Assembly: GCA_034439575.1 (NCBI GenBank)
Contig: JAWXAQ010000022.1
Span: forward strand, 1-64,000
Source of the DNA: Leptospira sp.
Lineage (GTDB): Bacteria > Spirochaetota > Leptospiria > Leptospirales > Leptospiraceae
Reading direction: 5' to 3'
DNA length: 64,000 bases
Positions 50,996 to 62,286 of this stretch are shown piece after piece. The translations under genes were made by a program, and so were the position numbers. The number at the start of each line of letters is the position of its first letter. Position 1 is the first letter of the stretch. The notes below the pieces were generated by a model, which saw nothing but the letters and a program-made list of their open reading frames with translations, was not told where the DNA came from and did not search any database.

Positions 50996-53869
50996 TTGAA
51001 ACTTAAAAAATCACATTCTGGTATACTATTTGTACTCGGGTTAATTTTATTATCCGCGGTACAATGGTTTTCTTTGCATTCAAACAAATCTATTTATTTA
51101 GATAAAAAGATTACAAAGATAGAGTTTTCAGGAAATATCAATACATCTGGATCAGACATCCTAGATATAATGGATATGAAACCAACTATGGTTTTATCTC
51201 AGGATTTACTAGATTCAGATATGCGTGCTCTTTTTCAATCTGGGTATTTTTTCCAAATTGACATCCAAGGTGAGTTAGACGGTGAAGGCGTTAAAATCCT
51301 TGTTAAAGTAAAGGAAAGGCCTCGAGTAAAAGATATTGAATTTATTGGTGCAGATGAGGTTTTTCCTTCTGATTTAAGAGAAAAAATACCTCTAAAAGAA
51401 AATGAAGTCATAACACCCAAAAAAGTTCAATTATCCAAAGAAGTAATTCTCAAAAAATACCGTGATGAAGGATTTTTTCTCGCATATGTTAGGTTTGAGT
51501 TAGACCCTGTTGATACAGAAACCAATACCGTTAAAGTAAAATTTATTATTGATGAAGGGGAAGAAATCCCTGTTTCAAAGATCAATATTTTTGGTAATAA
51601 TGAAATCGATACATTTGAACTGCAAGGAATTCTCGATCTAAAAGAAAGTGGAATTATTGAATCTGGTGTTTTTAAAGAATCAGCATTTGAGACCGACAAA
51701 CAAAAAATAGTCGGTTTTATGAAATCGAAAGGTTATGTAGATGCAGAAATCAGCAATGATGGTACTAATTGGGAAATTAAATGGGAAAATCCCAAAAAGA
51801 AAGATAAACGAGTCGTCATAGTAAATTTCAAAGTCGTTGAAGGGGAGCAGTATTTTTACAACGGTTATACAACTGCACATGATATGACTTTGGCTCCCAA
51901 TAATATGCCTCTTTATTTAAACAAAGAAAGCAACCCAATAGGAACACCGGCTGAAGAATGGAAACCCGTTTATGATTTAAAATATCTAAAGAATTTATTT
52001 GAATTTTCGGATGAAGATATTGGTGAAGTTTTTGATGAATCTCGATTTCAAAAAGACAGAGGTTCGATAAACGAGGCTTATTCGGCAAAAGGATATTTGT
52101 TTGCCCAAGTGATTCCAAGGCGAAAAATTATTGAACTGAGCGAAGAGTCTTTGTCTCGCTATGAAAATTGTTCCAAACGAGCAAGCGCTGATGGAATAAG
52201 GGAATGCGAAGAAGAATTCGCTTTATTGAATATAGCAAAGTTAAGAAAAATTTATGATAAAAACAAAAAATACCATGGTAAAAAATTCATTCATGTGGAT
52301 TTCACCATTAGAGAAAACAACTTAGCTTTCGTTGAAAATATTATCATCAAAGGAAATAAAAAAACTTTAGATCGTGTTGTTAGGCGTGAATTATTGTTTA
52401 AACCTGGGGATCTTTTTAACTCCACTTTGGTGAATAGATCTAGAGAGCGTATCTTTAATTTAGGTTACTTTAAAGAAGTAAACTTTAATATGCGGCCGGG
52501 TTCTGACGAAACAAAAATGAATCTAATCATTGAACTCGTTGAACAACCTACGGGAACAGTTTCCATGGGTGGTGGTTATGGAACCATTACAGGTTTCTCA
52601 ATTTTTACTCAGTTAGGTGAAAATAATTTAAACGGAACAGGCCAACAAATCAACGGTAGAATTGAATTTGGACCTATAAGAAGGTATTTACAAATTTCTT
52701 GGACCGAGCCTTGGTTATACGATAAACCTTGGTCATTAACTTTATCTGCCTTTTATTCTTCCAGAACTCTATTTGTGGGTGCCACATCCATTACCGAAAA
52801 CAATAATCAAGGGATTAAGGAAGCCGCATCCTATGAAAGAGCAGGTGTCGGGGTTAGTGGGGGGGTTGGTCACAGATTTTTGATCAACTGGACTCACTTC
52901 CATAGATACTCTCCCAGTTTTTTTGCATCAACTAGACCATCTTCCCTTGTATCCGATCAGGTTTTGGCAGAGGTAAATCGAGGTTGGCAATTTCGATCGC
53001 AAGTTACAAATGGAATTGCTTACGATAACAGAGATAATGTTTTTAATTCCACACAAGGTTTCAATTTAGTTTTTTCTGTAGATAATGTGGGGCAATTTTT
53101 AGCTGGAGAAAGTCATTTCGATCAGTTTAGCCCGATTATGGAATACTATCAAACTTGGTTTGATTATACGTTTTTTGGACTCATTCGCAAAAATGCACTT
53201 AGGCGATGGCGAGTTGTCCAACAATTTAGAACCTCATCTGTCTTTACTTATGAACGGACGCCCAAATATGGAAGACAAGATAAGGAAAAAATTCCCTATA
53301 TTCAAGTGCAAGATAGATTGTTTTTGGGTGGTTATGAATCACTACGTGGTTGGTTTTTTGATGATAAATACTATCCAGATGAATGGAAAAATGGTGCAGC
53401 ATCAAGGATTCTATTTACTTCTGAGCTAAGATTTCCAATAGAGCCTTCACTCTTATGGTTTGTGGTTTTCTTCGATGCAGGTGCCATGTATGAAGAAGTG
53501 AACCGAGCCATAGGGGAAAGAAAAGAAACATTCAAAAATTATGATACCCTTGTACAAAATCAGCGTTATACGGACCCGAATGCATCATATATATTTGATA
53601 ATTTTAATAACAATGGTAAAAAGATTCCCATCTCTCCCTATGAGTTGAATGATCCTGATCGATTGGTTTTATCTGGAAAAAATATTTCATTACAAAATTT
53701 CAAATATTCCTGGGGTTTTGGACTCCGAATTCAGATTCCAGTGCTTCCCCTTCGGATTTATTTTGCTCAAAAGATTTTATATACAGGTTCTGGCGAACAT
53801 CCTTTCACCACCTATCCTGACACAAATGCATTCCAATTTGTATTCGGTATTGGAGATCTAAGATTTTAA
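50996..53869 (+). CDS. bamA: Outer membrane protein assembly factor BamA (Omp85)
   Basis: POTRA repeats (IKGNKKT...RRE, NLGYF), ENNLNGTGQ, GGYESLRGW and a C-terminal Phe. Confidence 0.93.
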   Translation: MKLKKSHSGILFVLGLILLSAVQWFSLHSNKSIYLDKKITKIEFSGNINTSGSDILDIMDMKPTMVLSQDLLDSDMRALFQSGYFFQIDIQGELDGEGVKILVKVKERPRVKDIEFIGADEVFPSDLREKIPLKENEVITPKKVQLSKEVILKKYRDEGFFLAYVRFELDPVDTETNTVKVKFIIDEGEEIPVSKINIFGNNEIDTFELQGILDLKESGIIESGVFKESAFETDKQKIVGFMKSKGYVDAEISNDGTNWEIKWENPKKKDKRVVIVNFKVVEGEQYFYNGYTTAHDMTLAPNNMPLYLNKESNPIGTPAEEWKPVYDLKYLKNLFEFSDEDIGEVFDESRFQKDRGSINEAYSAKGYLFAQVIPRRKIIELSEESLSRYENCSKRASADGIRECEEEFALLNIAKLRKIYDKNKKYHGKKFIHVDFTIRENNLAFVENIIIKGNKKTLDRVVRRELLFKPGDLFNSTLVNRSRERIFNLGYFKEVNFNMRPGSDETKMNLIIELVEQPTGTVSMGGGYGTITGFSIFTQLGENNLNGTGQQINGRIEFGPIRRYLQISWTEPWLYDKPWSLTLSAFYSSRTLFVGATSITENNNQGIKEAASYERAGVGVSGGVGHRFLINWTHFHRYSPSFFASTRPSSLVSDQVLAEVNRGWQFRSQVTNGIAYDNRDNVFNSTQGFNLVFSVDNVGQFLAGESHFDQFSPIMEYYQTWFDYTFFGLIRKNALRRWRVVQQFRTSSVFTYERTPKYGRQDKEKIPYIQVQDRLFLGGYESLRGWFFDDKYYPDEWKNGAASRILFTSELRFPIEPSLLWFVVFFDAGAMYEEVNRAIGERKETFKNYDTLVQNQRYTDPNASYIFDNFNNNGKKIPISPYELNDPDRLVLSGKNISLQNFKYSWGFGLRIQIPVLPLRIYFAQKILYTGSGEHPFTTYPDTNAFQFVFGIGDLRF

Positions 53870-56055
53870 TGACCATAGAAGGTCTTAACCCTGAGCAAAG
53901 TTTAGCGGTCACAACAGTAGATGGTCCAGTTCTTATTCTAGCTGGCGCGGGTTCTGGAAAAACTAGAGTCATCACATATAGAATAGCAAATTTAATTAAT
54001 ACCCATAAAATATTTCCGAATCGTATACTCGCTGTTACATTTACAAATAAAGCAGCCCAAGAAATGCGAGAAAGGTGTAAGCACATATTAGGTGATATTA
54101 AGGAAGAACCATTTATTCGCACCTTCCACTCTTTATGTTTATATATCCTTCGTCGGGAAGGGAAACATTTAGGACTTGGTAATAATTTCACAGTTTATGA
54201 CAGTGATTTACAAGAATCCTTTATCAAAGAAATTTTAAAGAAAAAAGAATTGGATACTAAGGAATATCGGCCTAGCCAATTGGCGAATCTATTTTCCAAA
54301 TCTAAGGATTCTTTTCAGACTGCCGAAGAATTCGCCAATCAAAGCTCTGACGATACGTATGGAAAAACCATATCTCAAGTATTTTTAGAATATGAGAAAG
54401 AAAAGTTTCAGCGCAATGCAGTGGATTTTGGTGACTTGATATTACTATGTGTTATTTTGTTTCGTAATTTTCCGATGATTTTGGAGAGATACCAAAATTA
54501 TTGGCAGTATGTTATGGTTGATGAATACCAAGATACAAACAAAATTCAGTATCATTTGGTGAAACAATTGGCTTCAAAACATAAAAATATTTGTGTTGTT
54601 GGAGATGATGATCAGTCAATTTATTCATGGCGTGGCGCAGATATTTCGAATATTCTAAATTTCAATAAGGATTATCCCGAATCTTTAGTTGTTAAACTGG
54701 AAGAAAATTATAGATCTACACAAATCATAATTAATACCGCGGCAAAAATTATTTCAAATAACTCTAGAAGAACAGAAAAAACTCTATTTACAAATAATCC
54801 AGTCGGTGAAAAAATTCGCCTAACATCATATCAAAATGAAACAGAAGAGGCGAATGGAATATTGCAGAGAATATTAAAGCTCAAAAAACCAAATTCTAAA
54901 TTTTCTGAATATGCTATTTTTTATCGAACCAATAGTCAATCGCGGTATTTTGAGGAAGCTTTTCGAAAAAAAGGAATTCCTTATAAAATATTTGGTGGGT
55001 TTCGTTTTTTTGATCGTAAAGAAGTAAAAGATATAATCGCCTACCTTTCTGTGATTGTCAATCCTGTAGATTCGACTTCACTTTTGAGAATTATAAATTC
55101 TCCACCGCGTGGGATCGGGGATACGACGCTCGCACGCATTCAAGATTTTTCGATCAATAATGGAATCTCGCTATTGGAATGTTTGGCGAAGCCGATTCCC
55201 GAAGTAAAAAAAGGTACGGCAAAGAAATTATCTGACCTATCAAAATTTTTTGAAAACTTGATTTCAGAACACCAAAATCAAAAGTCACCATCCGAATTAA
55301 CTTATGAAGTATTGGAGAGGTCGGGATATAGGGAATATTTAGAAAACGAAGGCACAGAAGAAGCCTTTTCTAAATTAGGAAACTTAAATGAATTTGTAAA
55401 TGCACTGAAGGAATACGAAGAAACGACGGAAGATCCTTCCCTCGAAGAATATCTTGGAAATATTTCTCTTATCACAAGCGAAGAAGATAGCAAAAATCTA
55501 GCGGATTATGTGATTCTTATGACAGTTCATAATGCCAAAGGATTAGAATTCAAAAGTGTTTTTATGGCTGGTATGGAGGATGGAACCTTTCCTCATTTTT
55601 TGGCAAGAGACAAACTAGAAGAATTGGAAGAAGAACGCCGGTTATGTTATGTGGCCGTGACTCGTGCACGAGAACGATTAGAAATTTCTCTTTCAAGATA
55701 CACGCGAAAATTTGGTGAGGTCGAAGCACGAATTCCATCTAGATTTTTGGAAGAAATTCCATCAGAATGTTTGGTCGGGGATGTGATTGAAACGGCTTAC
55801 GGGATGAGAATGCCAGAAAGCGCACCAAAAGCCAGTGTTGCCAATGTAAAAATTCAGAATAAAGAGTCGATCCAAGGTAAAAATCCAAATGTAAGTTTCC
55901 AGGTAGGCAAAAGGGTGAAACACAAAGTTTATGGGGAAGGAAAGATTATTTCTATGAGTGGTACTGGGGATAATACGAAAGTTGAAGTACGATTCGGTGC
56001 TCATGTTGAGAAAAAATTTTTATTGGCATACACACCGCTTGAGTTAATATCTTAA
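53869..56055 (+). CDS. uvrD: ATP-dependent DNA helicase UvrD/PcrA
   Basis: AGAGSGKT, VDEYQD, GDDDQSIY, TVHNAKGLEF and YVAVTRA motifs. Confidence 0.96.
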   Translation: MTIEGLNPEQSLAVTTVDGPVLILAGAGSGKTRVITYRIANLINTHKIFPNRILAVTFTNKAAQEMRERCKHILGDIKEEPFIRTFHSLCLYILRREGKHLGLGNNFTVYDSDLQESFIKEILKKKELDTKEYRPSQLANLFSKSKDSFQTAEEFANQSSDDTYGKTISQVFLEYEKEKFQRNAVDFGDLILLCVILFRNFPMILERYQNYWQYVMVDEYQDTNKIQYHLVKQLASKHKNICVVGDDDQSIYSWRGADISNILNFNKDYPESLVVKLEENYRSTQIIINTAAKIISNNSRRTEKTLFTNNPVGEKIRLTSYQNETEEANGILQRILKLKKPNSKFSEYAIFYRTNSQSRYFEEAFRKKGIPYKIFGGFRFFDRKEVKDIIAYLSVIVNPVDSTSLLRIINSPPRGIGDTTLARIQDFSINNGISLLECLAKPIPEVKKGTAKKLSDLSKFFENLISEHQNQKSPSELTYEVLERSGYREYLENEGTEEAFSKLGNLNEFVNALKEYEETTEDPSLEEYLGNISLITSEEDSKNLADYVILMTVHNAKGLEFKSVFMAGMEDGTFPHFLARDKLEELEEERRLCYVAVTRARERLEISLSRYTRKFGEVEARIPSRFLEEIPSECLVGDVIETAYGMRMPESAPKASVANVKIQNKESIQGKNPNVSFQVGKRVKHKVYGEGKIISMSGTGDNTKVEVRFGAHVEKKFLLAYTPLELIS

Positions 56056-56070
56056 GTATCAAGAGGTTTT

Positions 56071-56499
56071 ATGAATAAATATATACTCATTTTTCTTTTA
56101 ATTGCCCTACAAAACACCTCTGCACAAACTAACTCCGGATTGGCGGAAGAGTTTTTGAAACTGGACAATTACTTAAAAAATGTAAAACAAAGTCCAGAAG
56201 AACGAAAAAAAATTCTAGAATCAAATATAATCAATTCAGTAAAAACCACACTCTCTCACAAATTCAATGATCCAAAAAAGGAATTGAAAGATCTAAAAAT
56301 ACAAGATATACAATCGGAAAGAAAAGAGGGAACAAACCAACTCTTTATAAAGTATAAAAACTTTTATATCGCTTATACTTTTTATTCTGATCCGGAAGTT
56401 TATCTCGCATCCCCCGTAGAAGAAAAAGTTTTAGAGAAACCTGCGAATGCCGATTTAAATGCGGCGCATGAAGAAAAACAATCAGTCATCGCTAAGTAG
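56071..56499 (+). CDS. Leptospira conserved exported protein
   Basis: Signal peptide, AGAGG RBS, 142 aa. Confidence 0.75.
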   Translation: MNKYILIFLLIALQNTSAQTNSGLAEEFLKLDNYLKNVKQSPEERKKILESNIINSVKTTLSHKFNDPKKELKDLKIQDIQSERKEGTNQLFIKYKNFYIAYTFYSDPEVYLASPVEEKVLEKPANADLNAAHEEKQSVIAK

Positions 56500-56508
56500 A
56501 ATTCAGGA

Positions 56509-57381
56509 ATGATAGATAGTGATTTCGAAAATGTTTGGCGTTGGGTATTAGAGATTGGCGATGAAATACTTTCCATTTATAATTCTGATTTTTTAGTTAC
56601 AGATAAAGGTGGCAACGATCCAGTCACGGAAGCTGATTTAAGAGCGAGTGAATTTTTATTCCAAAAAATAAATACACATTTTCCTGATCATGGTTTTTTA
56701 TCTGAAGAAAAAAAAGATAATGAATTGCGACTTTCAAAAGAATGGGTTTGGATTTTGGATCCTATTGATGGCACAAGAGAGTTTGTCAAAAAAAACAGTC
56801 AATTTGCACTGAGCCTTGGGCTTGTACGTTCAGGTGAACCGATTTGGGGAATCATATTTAATCCCTCCACGGGAGAATTTTTTTCAAAGAAAGAATTTGC
56901 ATTTAACACTAAGTTATCATCTCCATTCTTTACAGAGACTAATTTCCAAAAACTGAAAGACGCTTCGAAAATTCCATCTGAAATTTTGAAACAGGAATAT
57001 TCAATTCATCATAAACCAAATTTAACAGTCTCCGCAAATGAACTGAAAGAAGGGATGTTTGATGGAAACATTTGGAAAGATAATTTTTCGATTACAGCGA
57101 TTGGGAGTATTGCCTATAAACTTGGATTACTTTCTTCAGGGAATATCGACCTAATTGTTTCTTTGAAACCTAAAAGTGAATGGGATATTTGTGGTGGTAT
57201 CGCCTTGTTAGATGAGGAAAAATTTCGTTTTTTCCCACTAAAAGAAAGTTCAAAATATTCGTTTAACCAAACAAATACGCGTAGTTTCGGTCTTGTTGCT
57301 GGAAATAGAGAAGCTGTAGATTATTTAACAAATCTTATGCCACTTTCCAAACTGACATCGCAAGTAAAGGACCAGTGGTAA
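56509..57381 (+). CDS. CysQ/inositol monophosphatase family protein
   Basis: PVTEAD, LSEE, DPIDGTREF and EWD motifs. Confidence 0.9.
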   Translation: MIDSDFENVWRWVLEIGDEILSIYNSDFLVTDKGGNDPVTEADLRASEFLFQKINTHFPDHGFLSEEKKDNELRLSKEWVWILDPIDGTREFVKKNSQFALSLGLVRSGEPIWGIIFNPSTGEFFSKKEFAFNTKLSSPFFTETNFQKLKDASKIPSEILKQEYSIHHKPNLTVSANELKEGMFDGNIWKDNFSITAIGSIAYKLGLLSSGNIDLIVSLKPKSEWDICGGIALLDEEKFRFFPLKESSKYSFNQTNTRSFGLVAGNREAVDYLTNLMPLSKLTSQVKDQW

Positions 57382-58523
57382 ATCCTTATGCCATAGGTCT
57401 TGATGCAAGGCCTCTTTCCACACGTATGTCTGGTGTGGGACGACTGATTGGAGAAACACTAAAAGCATTTCCAAATTCTAATCAGTATCATTTTTTTTTG
57501 TTTTCCCATCTACCCATACATAGTGATCATAATGAAATTATAAAATTACCAAATGTAACAGTGGTTAATGGGGGTGGGGTTTTCCGATGGAAGGGTGGAT
57601 TATATTTCAATTTTTATTTGCCGATACGTCTTCGTTTTTTATCATTAGATCTTTTTTGGGGATCACAACAAGTGTTGCCTCCTTTATTGCCAAGTAAATT
57701 AAAGGCAGTCTTAACCTATTGCGATCTGGTTTTGTATTTGTATCCTGAAACAATGCGAAAATTAGCACGTATCCAACAAAGGCTTGTTCAAAGTTATTCG
57801 GTGCACAGAGCCTCATTTATACTTTCTATTTCTAAACAAACAAGTGAAGATATGTCCAATTTTTTTAAATTTGATAAATCAAAAACAGGAGTGTCTTATC
57901 CTGGAGTCAACCATAAAGAGATATTACGCTTACTCGAAAAACCAATTTCAAAACGATTTGCAGATTTGGGAGAAGGTTATCTCTTATCAGTTTCTACCAT
58001 TGAGCCTAGAAAAAATTATCCATTTTTGTTAGAAGTCTATAGAGCTTACAGACGAATGAACCCGAAAGATCATAAAGACTGGATCATCGTTGGAAAAATT
58101 GGATGGGAGACGAATGAATTTATAGAAGAAATTCGCACAGAACAATCATTATATGGTGATATACATATTCTTGATTCTATTGGTGATTCTGATTTACAAC
58201 ATCTCTATAAAAATGCTGGTTTGTTTTTATTTGCCTCCCATTATGAAGGATTTGGAATTCCAATGTTGGAAGCCTTATATCATGGAAAGTATTGTATGGT
58301 TTCAGATATCCCTACATTTCGAGAGATTGGTAAAGATGGAGTTACCTATTTACCCTTCCAAAAACCAGAAAATGCCAAGGAATGGGCGAATGAAATCTAT
58401 GCATTCTGTAAAAACCCAATCAAACCCAAAGTGGACATTTCTAATTTTACTTGGGAAAATACTGCCAAAATCACGGAAGAAGTTTTTTCTCAAATTCTTT
58501 TGGAATCGCCTAATCAAAAATAA
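57375..58523 (+). CDS. Glycosyltransferase family 4
   Basis: TIEPRKN and YEGFGIPMLEA motifs. Confidence 0.92.
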   Translation: MVNPYAIGLDARPLSTRMSGVGRLIGETLKAFPNSNQYHFFLFSHLPIHSDHNEIIKLPNVTVVNGGGVFRWKGGLYFNFYLPIRLRFLSLDLFWGSQQVLPPLLPSKLKAVLTYCDLVLYLYPETMRKLARIQQRLVQSYSVHRASFILSISKQTSEDMSNFFKFDKSKTGVSYPGVNHKEILRLLEKPISKRFADLGEGYLLSVSTIEPRKNYPFLLEVYRAYRRMNPKDHKDWIIVGKIGWETNEFIEEIRTEQSLYGDIHILDSIGDSDLQHLYKNAGLFLFASHYEGFGIPMLEALYHGKYCMVSDIPTFREIGKDGVTYLPFQKPENAKEWANEIYAFCKNPIKPKVDISNFTWENTAKITEEVFSQILLESPNQK

Positions 58524-58830
58524 ACATTAGTTCTTGCCAAAATTTAATTTTATTTATTATTCCTGAATATATAATTTTATTATTATTTAAAAGCGATGTT
58601 ATGTGCAAGTGAAACCGATTTTGTGTCATTGCTTGAATTTCGCATTGCCACTCTCCTCCAATGTCAAACAAAGTTAGTTTATCCGCATATACTTCTGAAG
58701 GATCTTTCCATATAATTGAAATGTTCTTTGAATTTCTTTTCAATTTAACTTTAGAAACTTTTTTTGATTCGTTCCATATAGCTCTTGTTAATAAGTTGTC
58801 TTCATATGGTTCTTTTTCTTGTATGATCAT
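58510..58830 (-). CDS. Small hypothetical protein
   Basis: 106-aa AT-rich ORF filling the gap; 14-bp convergent overlap. Confidence 0.6.
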   Translation of the reverse strand: MIIQEKEPYEDNLLTRAIWNESKKVSKVKLKRNSKNISIIWKDPSEVYADKLTLFDIGGEWQCEIQAMTQNRFHLHITSLLNNNKIIYSGIINKIKFWQELMFIFD

Positions 58831-58931
58831 GGAAATTCCATTGCCTTTCCATTTACCTATCGCATATTTTTTCCATTCATCAAGAGAAGAGAAATAGTTG
58901 TATTGATTCAGTGGTAAACCATCCTTTTCCT

Positions 58932-59441
58932 ATGAAATTATTATCAAAATCTCTTATCCTTTTTATTTTTTCTTTAAGCCTTAATTTTTGCGACCTTAAT
59001 TCGAATGATCCAAAAGTATCTCTTAGCTCTATCTCACTCAAGTCAATGGATGCGAATAATTCAGTAAGATTGACTGAGTTTAAAGGGAAAGTTGTGATTG
59101 TTGATTTTTGGGCTACTTGGTGTGAACCTTGTAGCAAAGCTGTTCCTGTTTTAAACGCATGGAAGAAACAAACCAATTCGAAAGAAATCGTTTTTATCGG
59201 AATCAACACCGACCAAGGTGAAGAATTAGCTAAAATACAAAATCACGCTAAAGACCTTAAAATGGAATATGAGAGTCTACTGGATCCCGAGTGGTATCTT
59301 TCAGAACTTTACGGGATCGAAGGAATTCCTTGCTTACTTGTCTTTGATAAAGAAGGTAAAATCATATTTCGACAGTATGGTTTAAATGCAAGTGACCTCC
59401 CGGGGCTAATCATTCGTTCCAATGTATGGATCCAACACTGA
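58932..59441 (+). CDS. TlpA/ResA-like thioredoxin lipoprotein
   Basis: DFWATWCEPC and GIP motifs; LNFC lipobox. Confidence 0.92.
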   Translation: MKLLSKSLILFIFSLSLNFCDLNSNDPKVSLSSISLKSMDANNSVRLTEFKGKVVIVDFWATWCEPCSKAVPVLNAWKKQTNSKEIVFIGINTDQGEELAKIQNHAKDLKMEYESLLDPEWYLSELYGIEGIPCLLVFDKEGKIIFRQYGLNASDLPGLIIRSNVWIQH

Positions 59442-59580
59442 TTGTGCAATGCAAAAATAAACATTTGTTAGTCAAGTATTTGATTTCAATGTTATGATGG
59501 AAAATGTCTTGACTAGACTATGGCAGAACAGTCTCCTAAACTTACCTTTTTAATGTTACTGATCCAGAAAGGAGTCAAGA

Positions 59581-61518
59581 ATGCCATCGAATTTGCCCGA
59601 ACTCTTCCAGCAGAGTGCTGAAAAATTTGGGAATCGCCAAGCCTTTGTAAGCAAAGACGAGTCCAAAACATATAAACCTATAACTTTTAAAGAGCTTTAT
59701 GATCTAGGCTTAGATCTAGCTGAGGCTCTAGTTGATCTAGGTGTACAAGCTAGGGAAAACGTCGCCTTACTTGCAGATAATCGCCTAGAGTGGATCGTTG
59801 CTGATTACGGTATCCTTATGGCGGGCGCCGCCGATGTTCCTCGCGGAACAGATATTACAGATTCAGAAATAGTTTATATACTCAATCATTGCGAAGCGAA
59901 AGTCATTTTTATCGAAAATGATAAAATGTTAGAGAAATATCAAAAAAATAGATCTCAATTTGAACATGCAAAAACAGTCATAGTTATGGACAAAAAGTCC
60001 ACAGCGACGGGTGTATTAAAACTTTATGATTTACTGGCAAAAGGAAAAGAACTCCGAGCCAAAGGTAGTCGCAAAACAGAAGAAAGAATCAAAGGGATAA
60101 AACCTGATGATTTATTTACTATCATTTATACTTCAGGAACTACAGGAATGCCGAAAGGTGTTATGTTAATGCATTCCAATATGCTTCACCAAACAAGAGT
60201 CATTCTTTCGAACATGATCGACATTCGATCGGAAGAAAGAATGTTGTCCATACTTCCTGTTTGGCACGTTTTCGAAAGAGTATTTGAATACTTAGCGATT
60301 GCGGCGGGCTGTGCTACTTATTACACAAATGTCCGTGATTTGCGTGATGATATGAAAAAAGCGAAGCCTACGTTTATGGCATCGGCTCCAAGGTTATGGG
60401 AAAGTATCTATAACGGTATTTATACGAGAATTAGTGATCCTAAACAAACACCTGCTTTGCGCAGGGGAATGTTTAAGTTAGCATATTTTTTCTCAAAACA
60501 TTACCATCGCGCTCTTCGATTTGTTAAGGGCAATGAAGTTGATTACACTGGAAGAAATCCCATCGTATCACTCATTCTTGGCACTTGGTATGTGATCACA
60601 TTGATCCCACTTGCCCCATTAAATGCGCTTTTTGATATGATCGTATTGTCAAAAATACGTGAAGCTACAGGCGGTGCATTAAAGGCATCCGTATCTGGTG
60701 GTGGAGCATTACAAAAACATGTGGATGCATTCTTTAACGACATTGGTATTAATGTTTTGGAAGGTTATGGAATGACAGAAACTTCACCTGTGATTTCAGT
60801 TCGAACTTTTAAAAATTTAGTCCAAGGTTCTGTTGGATCTATCACTCCTGAAACGGAAATGCAGATTCGAGATGACCACAATAAAGTCCTGACCCATATG
60901 GATTCCAATCAAAAATTGATCGCTGGAAAATTAGGCCAACGTGGTGTCATCCATGTTCGTGGGCCACAAGTGATGAAAGGATATTACAAAAATCCTGAGA
61001 CGACAGCCAAAGTATTAAAAGACAATTGGATGGATACTGGTGATATTGGAATGTTCAATTTCAAAAAAACCCTTACGATCACAGGTCGTGCGAAAGATAC
61101 AGTGGTTCTTTTGGGTGGTGAAAACGTAGAACCGGTTCCTATCGAAAACAAATTGAGCGAATCTCCATATATCTTTCAAGTCATGGTTGTCGGCCAAGAC
61201 CAAAAAAATCTTGGAGCCATCATTGTTCCTGATTTTGAACAATTAGGTGCTTGGGCGAAAGAAAATGGAATCACCGAAAAAGAACCGGCCAAATTGATTG
61301 AAGATCCTAAGGTAATAGATTTCTACAAAAAAGAGATCAAGGCACTGAACAATACAAAGACAGGTTTTAAATCATTTGAGCAAGTGACACCGTTTTTTCT
61401 CATCACTAAACAATTTGAAGTTGGCGATGAGTTAACAAATCTCCATAAAATGAAAAGACATTTGATAACAGAGAAGTATAAGGCAAAAATAACTTCGCTT
61501 TATGCTGGTGATCTTTAA
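59581..61518 (+). CDS. fadD: Long-chain fatty acid-CoA ligase
   Basis: [23 protein letters not shown] and GRAKD motifs; AAGGAG RBS. Confidence 0.93.
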   Translation: MPSNLPELFQQSAEKFGNRQAFVSKDESKTYKPITFKELYDLGLDLAEALVDLGVQARENVALLADNRLEWIVADYGILMAGAADVPRGTDITDSEIVYILNHCEAKVIFIENDKMLEKYQKNRSQFEHAKTVIVMDKKSTATGVLKLYDLLAKGKELRAKGSRKTEERIKGIKPDDLFTIIYTSGTTGMPKGVMLMHSNMLHQTRVILSNMIDIRSEERMLSILPVWHVFERVFEYLAIAAGCATYYTNVRDLRDDMKKAKPTFMASAPRLWESIYNGIYTRISDPKQTPALRRGMFKLAYFFSKHYHRALRFVKGNEVDYTGRNPIVSLILGTWYVITLIPLAPLNALFDMIVLSKIREATGGALKASVSGGGALQKHVDAFFNDIGINVLEGYGMTETSPVISVRTFKNLVQGSVGSITPETEMQIRDDHNKVLTHMDSNQKLIAGKLGQRGVIHVRGPQVMKGYYKNPETTAKVLKDNWMDTGDIGMFNFKKTLTITGRAKDTVVLLGGENVEPVPIENKLSESPYIFQVMVVGQDQKNLGAIIVPDFEQLGAWAKENGITEKEPAKLIEDPKVIDFYKKEIKALNNTKTGFKSFEQVTPFFLITKQFEVGDELTNLHKMKRHLITEKYKAKITSLYAGDL

Positions 61519-61553
61519 AAATATTTTTTAAAATCTCACACAAAAATGTATAG

Positions 61554-61583
61554 AAAAACCGCCTGAAGGGGCGGTTTTTTTTT
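61554..61583 (+). terminator. Rho-independent terminator after fadD
   Basis: AAAAACCGCC-loop-GGCGG followed by T9. Confidence 0.9.
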
Positions 61584-61619
61584 ACCCGCAAGAATTATGA
61601 TCATGCCGATATTTTTAAG

Positions 61620-62282
61620 GTGAATCCAACGGATGAAGCTTTAGATTCGAATGAAAGAGCCGTCTTTCATCCATACCAACACCATGATTTTTATGGAATG
61701 GATTCTCTTTTTCTTTCCCCCATACAAAATGGCGAGATTTGGAATTTTCAAAACATAACGTCCGTTCACCCATCTATATTGGCATTTTTGACTCTTCGCA
61801 GTTTTTTACTCAATGAAGAGAATCAAAAACCTTTAGAGGTAACAGGCCTTAATCGCATTTGGAAAACATACTTAGCTAAAAACAATTATTTTATTAAAAA
61901 TAAAAACTTAGTTACCGAACATTTTATACCAGGTTTAGTTTCTAATGAAGAGAATCCTAAAATTGATAATGATTTGGAATCTTCAGATTGGAAACATAGT
62001 CTAAGATGGGAATTCAAAGACGGACATAAAAAAACTGTATTTTTTGTCGCTTGTGGTAAAAAAGAGGGAGAAACTTCCAAAAATCTCTCAGAATTACTTT
62101 CTCAATTTTTGGTAGAATCTCAAAAGTACGACAGACTCACACGGGCTTATATTCGAAAAGAAACGTCATCGTATCTTTATTTACAAACAGAAGGACAAAT
62201 CCATCCGCGAGTTTTTTTCCGTGAGAATGCAAAAGAACTACCTGAATTTATATTATTTATAGCTGAACTAATCCCTGCTTAA
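61620..62282 (+). CDS. Leptospira conserved hypothetical protein
   Basis: 220-aa ORF with a GTG start. Confidence 0.7.
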   Translation: MNPTDEALDSNERAVFHPYQHHDFYGMDSLFLSPIQNGEIWNFQNITSVHPSILAFLTLRSFLLNEENQKPLEVTGLNRIWKTYLAKNNYFIKNKNLVTEHFIPGLVSNEENPKIDNDLESSDWKHSLRWEFKDGHKKTVFFVACGKKEGETSKNLSELLSQFLVESQKYDRLTRAYIRKETSSYLYLQTEGQIHPRVFFRENAKELPEFILFIAELIPA

Positions 62283-62286
62283 AATT

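Noticed and set aside
59457-59475. LexA-like box upstream of fadD
   Set aside because: One base short of the palindrome spacing seen at recN and in an AT-rich context; not supportable.
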